From positions 84,507,058 through 84,571,057 of the forward strand of contig JAUZTB010000135.1 in assembly GCA_034780895.1 (NCBI GenBank): a stretch of DNA of 64,000 nucleotides, given 5' to 3'. Each line of letters begins with the position of its first letter. Within the stretch, counting starts at the first letter, position 1. The translations under genes were made by a program, and so were the position numbers. The DNA is from Rhynchobatus australiae. Taxonomy: Eukaryota. Below are positions 39,198 to 50,735 of the stretch, piece by piece. The notes beneath the pieces are model-generated. The model searched no databases, had not been told where the DNA came from, and saw only the letters and a list, made by a program, of their open reading frames with translations.

Positions 39198-41496
39198 CTG
39201 TTGGAAAAAATGTCTATTGTGTGGCTCAACAGCTATTTATGTTGTATAAATGAATTTCAATGAAAGAACTTTCATGAAAGGAATTTGAGAACTTGAAACA
39301 ATTCGCCTGATGATGCAATGCACCCTGATCCTGACCATGCTTACATCTCATCAATTCAAGACTCAATGCTCATCCCAAACCCAGGTCTGTCTTCCTGTGC
39401 CCACACTCCAAGCAACCCTGAACAAGATCCCAACTTACCTGTTTTCCTTTGCTTGTTCTACAATGGTGGAGCATACAAGGAACTGTCTTCTGGCACATTA
39501 AGTGTGCACGGCCTGATCTACACTATACAATGCTTTGATCTTCACGTGCTACAGTAATTAACCATGATTGGCTCTCAACAAGTTCCGTGGCCTACCTTGC
39601 TGAATCCAGAAGACCAAGTACTTCTAGATCAATGAGTTATACTTGGAAAATATCTGCTACATTCTTGTGGTTATGGAATAAATTAATCACTACATAGTTA
39701 GTTTAGCCTGTCAGTACAATCCTCTTGTATACATGTCTCGTGAAGCACCACTAGAGNNNNNNNNNNACTCTGCAAGACGTGTACTACTGCTGACTGCTTC
39801 TGATTAGTCATAGACATGGAACTAAAAGCTGTACATAAACCAGCTCCAGGCTCATTAAAAGCAGGTGTTGGGGAGATCCGCCTTCACAACTCTCCAGGGC
39901 TCTTGGTCTTACTAAGACCCAGCTGCCTCACATTTGGTGTTTAGCTCTCCACATCAGAATGCACTTCAGGGATTGCAGCACACCCCCAGATCTCACCCAA
40001 AGCAAAAGCACCTCTGGCATATACAGAGTTTTGGTATTGTGGATGAATTTCTTGCTTAAAAAAATGAATATAAAAGTGATGAGCAGTTCTATCAACTTGC
40101 CATCTGTCCTGATGTTTGGTCATAACTTCATTCAGCTAGTTGGAATACATGTCAGAAAGAGGTGAGATGCTCTTGTAGAAGAGGAAATCAAGATCCTAAG
40201 TTAGAATTTCAATACCATTTTTGTCTCAGCCATCCGGATTGTCATCATTCCTGCGTTCACCCATGGGTACTGTAAGCCTGGAAGCTCTTGGGGGGATGGG
40301 GTGGTGGGAGGCAGTGAGGTGCTGTTTCAGGCATCATCGGCAAATCAATTGATGACATGTGGAGGGTTGCAGGGGAAGGATGTTGAGCAAGAGTCATGAG
40401 CTTTGGTGGGAGTGGAGGAGAGAGTGGGGCAAGAGGTATGCTGGTCATTGGATGACCCAAAAAAGAGAGTTGGGCAAGTATCTGCTTAAAAGGCTACCCA
40501 TCTGTTCCCAGAACCTGCCCCAGGCAGTAGCCTTTAAGTCACACTAGGCAGGTTAAATAGGCACTGAGAAAACCTGCTTCCATATAAGTGGCTCATGGAA
40601 GACACACAATGGAGTGAAAATTGCTGTTGCCAGTTGTTGGGCATCTCTGGGTCCTCCACACATTGGAACCTCAGACATGTAGAGTGTCTTGACTGCAAAT
40701 TACTGCATTCAACTCACCTGGTCAACTATTGTCAACATTTGGTTTCTCATTGAAATTCTATCAAGTGGCACACAGTTTCTAGACAATTATCTTTGAAATG
40801 ATTTAGGGGGCAGCTGGAAGATTCCTGTTAGTACAAATTTATGAAGGATCATTATGAAAGTTTGGAATTGTTTTGGATGTCAAAGTTGTTTGAGGTGTTC
40901 TAATTACAGTTTTCAACAACATGAACTTAATCCAGGCCAGTTTTTCAGTTATACAAGTGCTCAGATACAAGGGAAGTCAATTGGTCATAAAAGAGAAAAT
41001 CACAATAAATCTTCAATAACCTAATTGTCACACATAGATCATAGAATAAATTTCAAGGGATGCCTAGAATCAGACTTTAAAATGATTCAGGAGGCAAACA
41101 GATCCATTTTCTTGTCAAGGGACTGAAAGTGAACAAAGCAAGAAGAGAGTGTCAGTTCCTGAAAAAAAATCTGTTTGGGTCCTTTTCCTGTTGGCAAGTA
41201 CTTTTATGATCCACCAATATTAATATTAACATATTATTTACATTGTGCCTATGCATATGTTAGCTTTGCATTGCAGTTTGAAAGGTTCTAATAGTAGAAA
41301 AGTTTTCATTCTAGCAGTCTGGAATGGATTGGAACTCAAATCCCAGAAATGAAAAGATGCTGACATCAAACATGAGTAGTGAATGCAACAGACTTATACA
41401 TATTGTATATACCACAATATAAAAAAAGAAGTCAAATTATTCTCTCTGAATTCCAACTGCCTTTATGTTTAAGGCAATAATCAAACTTAAAGGGAT

Positions 41497-41832
41497 GGCA
41501 CAGAGGTGGGCTGCACAGCTGGAAGAGCTGCTGCCTCACAGCTTCGGTGACACAGGTTCTATTCTGATCTCCCATGCTGTTTGTGTGGTGTTTGTGCATT
41601 CACCCTGTGACTGCTTGGGTTTCCCCTGGGTCCTCCAGTTTCCTTCCACATCCCAAAGAGATTCAAGTTAGTAGGTTAATTGGCCACTATACATTGCAAG
41701 CTTTTTATAGGTGAGTGCAGGAATCTGAAGGGAATTGATGGGAATGTGGGGAGAATAAGACAGGATCATCGTAGCTGGGCAGCATGGACTCATGGGCTGA
41801 CAGGTCTGCCTCTGTAGTGTATGACTCCATGA
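41497..41832 (+). mobile_element. HE1/V-SINE-like SINE
   Basis: gctgctgcctcacagc...tgtgtggtgtttgtgcattcaccctgtgactgc...ccacatcccaaaga; tail tgtatgactccatgac. Confidence 0.78.
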
Positions 41833-41989
41833 CACTAGAAAAAGCAAGGAGTAGACACTTTCAGATGAAGAGATCCATTCCATTTAAGGAAAAAAATAGT
41901 TGGATCATAAATGAATCACCAGCTTGTATGCTCAGTTTCTAAAACCTACCCTTACCATGTCCAGTTTGTATTGGTAGTGCTAAATAAAA

Positions 41990-42300
41990 GAATCATTTGC
42001 ATTTAGGTAGCACCTTTCATGAAATTAGGAGGTCCCAAAGTATCTTACAGCCAATGAAACAGCTTTTGAAGCATGGTTATTGTTGTAACAATGAAAATAA
42101 TGCAGCAAAATTCTGCACAGCTAGCCTGGAAGAATATTAAAGTGATAATGACCACCATTTTTTGACTCATTCTGACTGAAGAGTAAATATTAGTTAGTCA
42201 CATTCCAGGGGAAGTTCCCCTGCTCATCTATGAAACAGAGCCAAACGCATACTCAGACCTCTTAACAGTTTGAACTCAATTTGACACATCATCCAAAAGT
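41990..42300 (-). mobile_element. Deu-domain SINE remnant
   Basis: ttgcatttaggtagcacctttcatg...ttacagccaatgaa tail and ggggaagttcccctgctc core. Confidence 0.55.
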
Positions 42301-42400
42301 CACAAATCAATAAACATGCATTATCCTTTCATTTTGGCAGGCCTTTCTCGTGTTTACTCATTAAAACCTCATAATATTAACCAAAGCTGCACCTTGTTAC

Positions 42401-42662
42401 CTGATAAGCGTGGTCAGTGTGGACGAGGTAGAGGCAGGTCGGTGCGGACCGACTCAGAGGAGTGGTGGTTTTGGTCTCGGTTCTGGTGACGGTGGTTTCA
42501 GGTCGTCCTGAGTCCAAGCTTGAGAGCGTAGGTGGTGATACCACTGATGGCGACACTGGAGAAAGGCTACCCAAACCCTCAGCTACGGAATCCGTGTTCA
42601 GTTTAATCTCCTGGTAATAGAAGTCCTCTTCACCATCACTGCAATCTGAATCTACATTACGT
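42401..42662 (-). CDS. ZNF704: ZNF704 coding exon ([21 protein letters not shown]...[20 protein letters not shown])
   Basis: Acceptor TTCTTCCAACAG, donor CAG|GTAACA, 262 bp, phase 2 to 0; family motifs EEDFYY and DHAYQ. Confidence 0.96.
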
Positions 42663-43094
42663 CTGTTGGAAGAAAACAACCAGTACTGATTGGAAACTAA
42701 GTTCAACATAAATCACACAGAGCACTAGGCACTCTCTCCTGACAATGAATGCAGCCTTTCCAACATTTCCAACATGGTAGCAAATGTCACATTTCTTGAC
42801 ATTTGCTATCAGCACCAATTAATGACTGGATAGGAATTCAGGCAACAATTTTCACTTTACATTATTGCAGGGCATGCAAAGGAAAATAAAAGGGATTTCT
42901 CTTTTCACCTCAGCTGGATTCCAAATTTTCCTCGTTAAGACAAACTGAGTTTGATGGAATGGGCTGCTGATATTTGAAAAGAAGAAATCTCCTCCCACTA
43001 AAATGATTTATTCGTCAGCCCAGTAAAGAAGAGTAGGTGGGATGAATGCAAGTCTGTTTATTTTGATGAGGTCATTGAGAAACACATATTGGAG

Positions 43095-43540
43095 CAAAAG
43101 AAACTGCATATGCTAGGAATGCAAAACAAAATTAGAGAATGGCAGAAGCACTCACCAGGTCAGGCAACATCCATGGAGATAGAGAATGAGTCAACATTTC
43201 AGATCAAGGAGAAAACAAGTTTTAAGTTTCAAAAAGAGGGAGGTATGGAAAGAAGAGGGGGAATGTCTGTGATAGGGTACAAATCAAACTTGTTAAGGGT
43301 AACCATCACTTTAAATGCCAGCCAATAGAAACAGAAAAGGAAGAAACAAAGTGAAACTGAAATATCTAGCAATTTGAGTGGAAAGGAAAAGAAAAATAAT
43401 TTTCTGAAATTGTTGAATTCAATATTGAGTTCCGAGCGTCACAGCATAATCAGACAGACGAGGTGCTGCTTCATCTTTGGACTACTTTAGGAAGCCAAAG
43501 ACAGAGAGCTCAAAGCTGGAGTGTGACAAATAATTAAACT
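43095..43540 (-). mobile_element. Penelope-like element 3' remnant (end of GIY-YIG endonuclease region plus terminal repeat)
   Basis: Minus strand encodes degenerate KQHLV...LNIEFNNF, resembling the C-terminus of elasmobranch Penelope ORFs, followed by the terminal motif. Confidence 0.6.
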
Positions 43541-43879
43541 AATAGAGGACATTCACAGGTGAAAACTGGGGTTTGCTTCTTTCTTGTTGAGTTGATGGAG
43601 CTACTTAATAACTACCTCAAAAACTGTTTGATCGATTTTTCTCTAAGGGTTCACAGTTCAGGTGTTTTGTAGCTTTACAACAGTATTGTACAGTATTGCC
43701 ATGACTGTAAAAAAAAATTCAATCTGAGTTAAAAGCAATGTAACTTTATTTAACAGAAGAATTTGAACTCTCTGATACATTTTCACCATACAGTTCTAAA
43801 ATTTCATTGGTCTCTCTGTTCCACTTTCTGAAATAACCTACTGATAATGAACTGATGCAGACAAACTGAAAACTGGATA

Positions 43880-44127
43880 CGCATTGGTAACTTGGTTTAT
43901 TACTGTCACATATATCGAGGTACGGTGAAAAACTTATCTTGCATACCATTCATACAGATCAATTCATTACAACAGTGCATTGAGATAGTACAAGGTAAAA
44001 CAATAACAGAATGCAGAATAGTGTTACAGTTACTGAGAAAGTGCAGTGCAGGTAGACAATAAGGGGCAAGGCCATAACGAGGTAGATTATGAGGTCAAGA
44101 GTCTTGTCGTACTAGGGAACCATTTAA
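43880..44127 (-). mobile_element. Rex1-like LINE 3' tail
   Basis: ggtttattactgtcacatatatcgaggtacggtgaaaaac... terminal motif. Confidence 0.6.
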
Positions 44128-44659
44128 TATTTCTATTCGGCCTTACAATCTTCAATAATTATTTTAATATATTACAAATTTCTTCTTTTTAGATGGAAAG
44201 AATTTATCTAAAACATACAGTAATGAAGAGCTGTTGTTACAATCTGAAAAGATACTTAACAGATTAATTTACATTATAAATGTAGGTGTACAATAAATAA
44301 GTTTATATTTTTAAACTGATTACCTGTTAAAATTTACTATTTTATATGCATTCGATGTACATTCAGGAAGCTGCCATTATTAACAGATAGCAGTTTAAAT
44401 TAAATTGTATGTGGTCATCCTCTACTGAGTTGGAGAAATGGATCAATCTCTCTAATTTCTCTCCTCATTGCTGATATTTTGCCCTGGCTCCACTCTTGGT
44501 GAGTTTTTCTTCCCCTAACTGTATATTCAATTCTAACATACCATTGGAATTTATTTCCAAATCCTTCCTCATACTCCTTACACATAAACCTAAACAGCAA
44601 TGCTGCCATAACACAGCTCTGCTTCTTCTCCCCCAGTGCAAACTATCACCACAACTGCG

Positions 44660-44830
44660 TGTCTCCCTACCCTGTCCTACCCCTCCCCCTTTCCTTCCCA
44701 AAGTTTGTACTTGCTAACAATCTGTAACCCTGTAACATCTTCCAATTCTAAAGAAAGGTCACCGACATAAAATGTCAACTCTGATTCTCTCCCCACAGAT
44801 GCCACCTGATTTGCTGAGTATTTCCATGAT
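44660..44830 (+). mobile_element. Degenerate Penelope-like terminal fragment
   Basis: ttctaaagaaaggtcaccgacataaaatgtcaactctg...cacagatgccacctgatttgctgagtatttcc. Confidence 0.5.
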
Positions 44831-44879
44831 TTAAGTCAAAAGAATGGGGGTTCATGATCATTGGACAGGTTCCATTATC

Positions 44880-45440
44880 CACTGCGAAAATTCCCTCATT
44901 ATGATGCACAACTGCTCTGTTCTGGACTGACGGAACCTGCAGGGAGTGGTAAATACTGCCCAGTCCATCATAGGCTTGTCATTTCCTTCCATCCAGTCCA
45001 TCTTCATGGTACGTTGCTTCAGGAATGCTAATAGTATTGTCAAGGATGCCTGCCACCCTGGCCATTCCCTTTTCTCTCTTCTACCTTCTGGGAGAAGATA
45101 GAGGAGCTTGAAAGCTCGGACCACCAGACTTAAGAACAGCTTCTTCCACGCTGCTACCAGACATCTGAACTATTCACCTCTTTCACATCCCCTTCCCAGT
45201 GGTGCTGCCACGTTCTCAGACTCTTCATTCTACCTCTCTGTTTTTCCGTTATTATCACTTTGGCATCTCTTTTTGCACTACTCTGATTGCACTACTACTT
45301 TGCTCCATTCTGTTGTTTTGTGCTTCTCACTGAATTTTTTGTGGCACTTAATATTACCATGTACACTCTTTACTCTGAGCTTCATGCCAGCCAGGATTTT
45401 CATTGCACCCTGGTGTATGTGACAATAAACTAAACTAACT
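44880..45440 (+). mobile_element. Rex1/Babar-type LINE 3' end
   Basis: LQGVVNTAQSIIG...HPGHSLFSLLPSGRR.RSLKARTTRLKNSFF; tail aataaactaaactaact. Confidence 0.85.
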
Positions 45441-46269
45441 AAATATCAGTTCCTATAAATATCAAATCCTGACAATTAATTATTTTAAACATTTTTAAAC
45501 ATTGCTCTGCATTNNNNNNNNNNNNNNNNNNNNNNNNNNNNNNNNNNNNNNNNNNNNNNNNNNNNNNNNNNNNNNNNNNNNNNNNNNNNNNNNNNNNNNN
45601 NNNNNNNNNNNNNCAGTGACAAAGCAACAACTGGTATGTGACAACTTTCTCATTTGCTGCTAAATTATACAATTAAATTTTCAACAGAAAATTCCTGGTA
45701 ACATGTGATTGTAATTAGAGTAAGACTTACCTGTAGAAGACCTTTTTGCATGAGTTGTAATTTCATATCATTAGAGTCAATAATAGTTAATCTCAAAGGC
45801 AGTAGATTATTGACTTTTAATGACAGAGTAGTACCCCATAATGTTAAAACTGCTTGTGGCAATGCCATGTCTGGATCATGCAATGATGCACTCCTTTCTC
45901 CAGTGAGTACCACATTCCAAGGGCTTCACCACTGGGTTTTGTTGTGCAATGTATTAAGGAGGACAAGCTACAAAACTTGCTCTGAGACTGCCGCCAAAAA
46001 TGCTTTAAACTTGTTAGAAATTACTGCAAAGTCTGTATGAAAATGTATGGCCTCTTTTAATTACCTCTTCTTAGTAATATCTGTACTCATAATTCACCAA
46101 ATGATGTGTCAATGATGTAATTCGCTTCCTGTCAGAAAGTTGCTGCATTTAATATTTTCACCACATTGAACTGACTAATCCATTTCACGCAACAAAAATG
46201 ACGTAAGTACTTATCTATGCTATAAATGTCCTGTAAAATTATGCTCCTCCCCTGTGACTTGCATCTTAC

Positions 46270-46370
46270 CCCAAGTGGATGGTACGAATGTGTTTCTGGA
46301 TCCCAGCAGCAGTGCTCAGCACCTTTCCACAATTCTTCCACAAACACTTGAACATAACTTTCATGGAGTT
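46270..46370 (-). CDS. ZNF704: ZNF704 coding exon encoding the C2H2 zinc finger ([34 protein letters not shown])
   Basis: Acceptor TGTTTTATAG, donor GG|GTAAGA, 101 bp; C-x4-C-x12-H-x4-H pattern; not in the ORF track in this frame. Confidence 0.96.
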
Positions 46371-47547
46371 CTATAAAACAAAAGACAATAAAACTAGAAG
46401 TATCCTATACTCTGCCATGCTGCTGTTCTGGGTTCAAACCTTATATGAAGTAAACCAGCATGTAAGAGGCACATAAGGTGGAAACGTTTTGACTGAGGGG
46501 CCAAGAGTAGGACTTTTGAGGAGGTGATCAGTAAAGACATAGGGGAGTTACTCACTGAGTCAACAGGGGTGGCAGCCAGCAGGACAGGGTCATGAGGTTT
46601 GTAGGGGTGGTTTTTGGTCAGGATGAGGTTTGTGAGGGTGGCTTTGCACCAAACAGATGACAGGAGAAGCCAGAGAAGGACATGCATTCAGGGCCAGGGC
46701 AGAGTAAGTGGAGAGAAAGGGCAAAAGATCACAAATGGTTGAGTGGATGGTCTCAGTTTTAGTGACAAAGAAATAATTGTGCTCCTTCCTCTTGCTGCTG
46801 GAGGTGAAGGTTGAGGGAGTGTAGACGGCCTAGCACCAATTCATGTCACACAACACTTACTATGTTTGCCGACCAGAAAAAAAACAATATATGCTTACTC
46901 TCTATTTCCTACTAGCCAGCTGATCTTAAGAGCTGCATGAGAAGACAGGAAAGACAAAGGAAGCAGTTTTTAAAGAAACAATTGCAACTTTACTTGGATC
47001 TCTTCAGTAGCAGCAAGAAAGCCCCAAGGCTACTGACCAGATCCACCGTTTTCTTTCAGGGAGCATAGTGCTAGGTGTGAAATCAGGCGGCAAATTAATG
47101 GCTCAGGACTGATACACTTGTGCCTGAACAGACATAATGCCCACTGAGTGAACCGCTTCTGTCCAGAATTAGGGTGGAGGGCTTTCATGTAAATATTTTA
47201 AAGAAGAATTGATAGAGCTTGAAAAGACAGTCAGTGACCCGGAGTGTAGGAACAGAATCTTTGGCCTTGGGAACAATCACTGTAGTGAGGTTCGGGTTCC
47301 ACTCAATACTGGGCTTAGTCATTTCACGTCAATGAGGTCCCAAGTTGTCACTGTTAGCAAGTTTACTACGTGCCTAGATTTCCACTGACTGCTTCCAATC
47401 TACAGAGAATCAGTCCTAAATTATCAGAAAGGTGCTCAGACCCTTTGCCCTGTAATACTTCATGAGCTGAGTTGGTTGTTTTGCTAGGACAAGGCAGGTG
47501 AGTGACAGGAAGAACTGAAACCTCCATGCACAATAAGTTATACATAC

Positions 47548-47777
47548 CTTTCTCTTCCTCGGAATGGGTTCATCAAACAACAGGTTGCTGGATTCTGCCT
47601 CATCAATGCTGTCGTCTGGCTGGACAGTTGCACGGAAAGGTTTGAAGCTGTCAGCTGATAAAGGTGGCGATGGGGTAGATGGATTTGACTGGTCACTTGG
47701 AACCCCCCAGCTCCAGGTGCCACTGCTGCTGTAGCTCGATGACATGTTAGTTGGTTCCTTCCAGGAACCATTCTGAT
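47548..47777 (-). CDS. ZNF704: ZNF704 coding exon (Ser-rich region, [20 protein letters not shown]...[15 protein letters not shown]-like end)
   Basis: Acceptor TGTGTAACAG, donor AAG|GTATGT, 230 bp, phase 1 to 0; junction codon G+AT = Asp. Confidence 0.96.
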
Positions 47778-49254
47778 CTGTTACACAAAATGCAACAGAA
47801 GTTATCATTCACCAGATGCATCATTTATACCAAATCTAACAATATACATACAGCATACTGCTTATTTCTAGTGATATTTTTAAGTTACCATCTATGTCAG
47901 AACAGAGTGATTTTCACCTAGATGGTAAAGGTAAACTGCCTGTTGTAGAACATGCTTGCTTTCAACTTCCTCCCTAAACGTCTTTTCTCTTTTCTTCCTT
48001 CTTATTCATCTCCCACTCTGTGCCCCTGCTTCCTTCTGGCTTTCAGTCTAGACTGTTCTAAGCTTGGTTCCATGTTACTCCAGAGCCCTCAGTTCATGTA
48101 CTTCCCGAAGTCAGAAGGCACAGATATTGAACAAAGCTGCCATGCCCCTGACCATCTGACCCTGAATCCTTGATTCTACATCGTGTTATCATTTATGTCT
48201 TTATCTTTATCTTTCTGTCTGTCAGATCTCAGTGGGGGGAGCCTGCTAAGGAGAAGCTGACTCCCAGCTGATCGACAAGGCCTTATGCAACACAGGGCCT
48301 TTCTATCAGTAAATGACTGGCTCTGTCCNNNNNNNNNNNNNNNNNNNNNNNNNNNNNNNNNNNNNNNNNNNNNNNNNNNNNNNNNNNNNNNNNNNNNNNN
48401 NNNNNNNNNNNNNNNNNNNNNNNNNNNNNNNNNNNNNNNNNNNNNNNNNNNNNNNNNNNNNNNNNNNNNNNNNNNNNNNNNNNNNNNNNNNNNNNNNNNN
48501 NNNNNNNNNNNNNNNNNNNNNNNNNNNNNNNNNNNNNNNNNNNNNNNNNNNNNNNNNNNNNNNNNNNNNNNNNNNNNNNNNNNNNNNNNNNNNNNNNNNN
48601 NNNNNNNNNNNNNNNNNNNNNNNNNNNNNNNNNNNNNNNNNNNNNNNNNNNNNNNNNNNNNNNNNNNNNNNNNNNNNNNNNNNNNNNNNNNNNNNNNNNN
48701 NNNNNNNNNNNNNNNNNNNNNNNNNNNNNNNNNNNNNNNNNNNNNNNNNNNNNNNNNNNNNNNNNNNNNNNNNNNNNNNNNNNNNNNNNATGTACTATAT
48801 AACAGAGTGAACATCATGGAAACGAGATGTTTCTTGTTTTTCAGAGTGCACCACAAGTGCATGAAAATCAAACATGACCCACAGGTATCTAATAATAAAA
48901 TTCAAATTAAAGTTACAATTGACGAGAAAGAACCTGAATTTATATATGCACCTTTCATAAATTCAACATTATATGACGGTCTCTGGCAAGCGACCTGTTT
49001 TGGCACATACCTCATTATACAGATACAACAACCACATCACATTCTGTTGGAACATACATAAACATTTTATTTGAACAATTACAAGATTTTACTAAAACTC
49101 ATCAGTTTAAGAGCCTATCACTGCCCTTTGCTGCCTCTGACCAGTACTCAATTCATATGGCTAGATTCACCTTTACTCTGTGTACAAATATCATTGTTTT
49201 GTATTTTTTGAAAATATACTCATTGATTATTTACTAATCCAGCCATATTCCATT

Positions 49255-49395
49255 GATATTTGTACAACATTGCCATGGACAAATGCTGTTTCTTACAAAA
49301 GTGAGTACACTTTAAAAATACTTTCAATAACTGCAAAGTGCTTTAGAGCATCCTGAGGTTGTGAATGGCATTATATAAATCCGAGTCCCTTCTCT
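49255..49395 (+). mobile_element. Deu-SINE 3' tail (similar tails at about 340-445 and 53040-53155)
   Basis: ctgcaaagtgctttagagcatcctgaggttgtgaatggcattatataaat. Confidence 0.5.
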
Positions 49396-49719
49396 CTAAT
49401 TGCTCAGATATTTAGATGACAGTTGGTCATCTATTTGCCACATTTCCTGTTCAGTAAATTTAATCACTGGAAAACTGAGAGCTCTGCAAGCTCTTGACAT
49501 CCATGCCTAATTCTACAATCCGCAATCCCATCATGTGAGGCACCACACAGGAAGCACAAACCACAAAATTAACCAGTAATTCTTTGAAGTATCATGTGAA
49601 ATATAAAAACGGACACTTGAAAAATTAAGTTAGAAGTCACAAAGTGAATTCGGCTTTTGGTCCCTTTATAAATAACTCTACATTAAACCAATTGCTAACA
49701 TTTAACTTCAATAGCTTAC

Positions 49720-49829
49720 CTGCTACACGAACTGCAGAGGGAGGACTGCGAACCAGCGGGCTGGTGGACAGGCTAGTCAGGACCATTGCTGCTGTTACTT
49801 TGTCCATCTCTCCTTCCTCGGAGAAACTT
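49720..49829 (-). CDS. ZNF704: ZNF704 coding exon (first one in window; [36 protein letters not shown], conserved region CR1)
   Basis: Acceptor TTTATACAG, donor G|GTAAGC, 110 bp, phase 2 to 1. [23 protein letters not shown] matches ZNF704 as I recall it (ZNF395 has [17 protein letters not shown]). Confidence 0.95.
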
Positions 49830-50564
49830 CTGTATAAACAATAAAAAATCAAGACAGAATCAGCAACTACTGCCAGCCTGTATAAAGACCCATACTTTAG
49901 AGAGACAATAAACAGCAACAAAAGCTTTTAAAACAATGTTGTGGCTGGAAGTATTGTCAGTACTGCATCATCCAAGTGCTAAGGAAACACAACATAGATA
50001 GGCTAAATCTTCTGGAAAAATTACTATGTTAATTACACAGCCTGTTACTAATGCACATATCAGCCAGGAAGTTCAGGCATTGCCACTCTCCAGAATTTCC
50101 TGGTCAGGATACACTGCACTGACATCTGGGTCACACAAAATCATCTTACCCTTATGTTCTCCTTTATTTTTAAGAATCTGCTAAATTATCACATTAATTG
50201 CATATTAAACACTGCAGAAAGTTTGGACTCAAAATTGATGGCAAACATGCTGTTTAACAGTCATTGTTACTGCAAAGTCATTAAATCTTTCCAACCCAGA
50301 AGGTGAACAACTGTTGGGTCTCATTCCTCTATATCATGATTTATTCTCATATTCTTTCTTACTTTTATATTTTGACCCATTTGTTCCCCTCTCTTAATCT
50401 AAACGTTTCTTCCTGATCTTTTGATACCTTATTTGAATCTAATTGAAAAACAAAATATTGCAGGTGATGGGTATTTGGAATTTAATTTGAAAACCCCGCA
50501 AAATCTCAATTCAACCATGTTCAGCCAGAAGTGCCCAATAGGTGATCCGTCAAAGCTCACTTCT

Positions 50565-50735
50565 GAGCAACACACACAAAATGCTGGAGGAATTCAGCAG
50601 GTCAGGCAGCGTCTATGAAGAGAAATACACAGTAGACGTTTCGGGTCAAGACCCTTCATCAGGAAGAGGATAGAAGTCAGAATAAGAAGGTCGGGGGAGG
50701 GGGAGGAACACAGACTGGCAGGTGATAGGTGAGTG
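50565..50735 (-). mobile_element. Penelope-like 3' terminal fragment with hammerhead core (stem I disrupted)
   Basis: Minus strand CTGATGAAGGGTCTTGACCCGAAACGTC plus the family terminal motif. Confidence 0.72.

Noticed and set aside
27887-49829. Assignment to ZNF395 or SLC2A4RG
   Set aside because: [37 protein letters not shown] and [12 protein letters not shown] match ZNF704 better than its paralogues as I recall them.
50625-50670. Second fully active hammerhead
   Set aside because: Core and stem II are intact but the stem I arms (UCUUC / UACUG) do not pair, so it is unlikely to be active alone.
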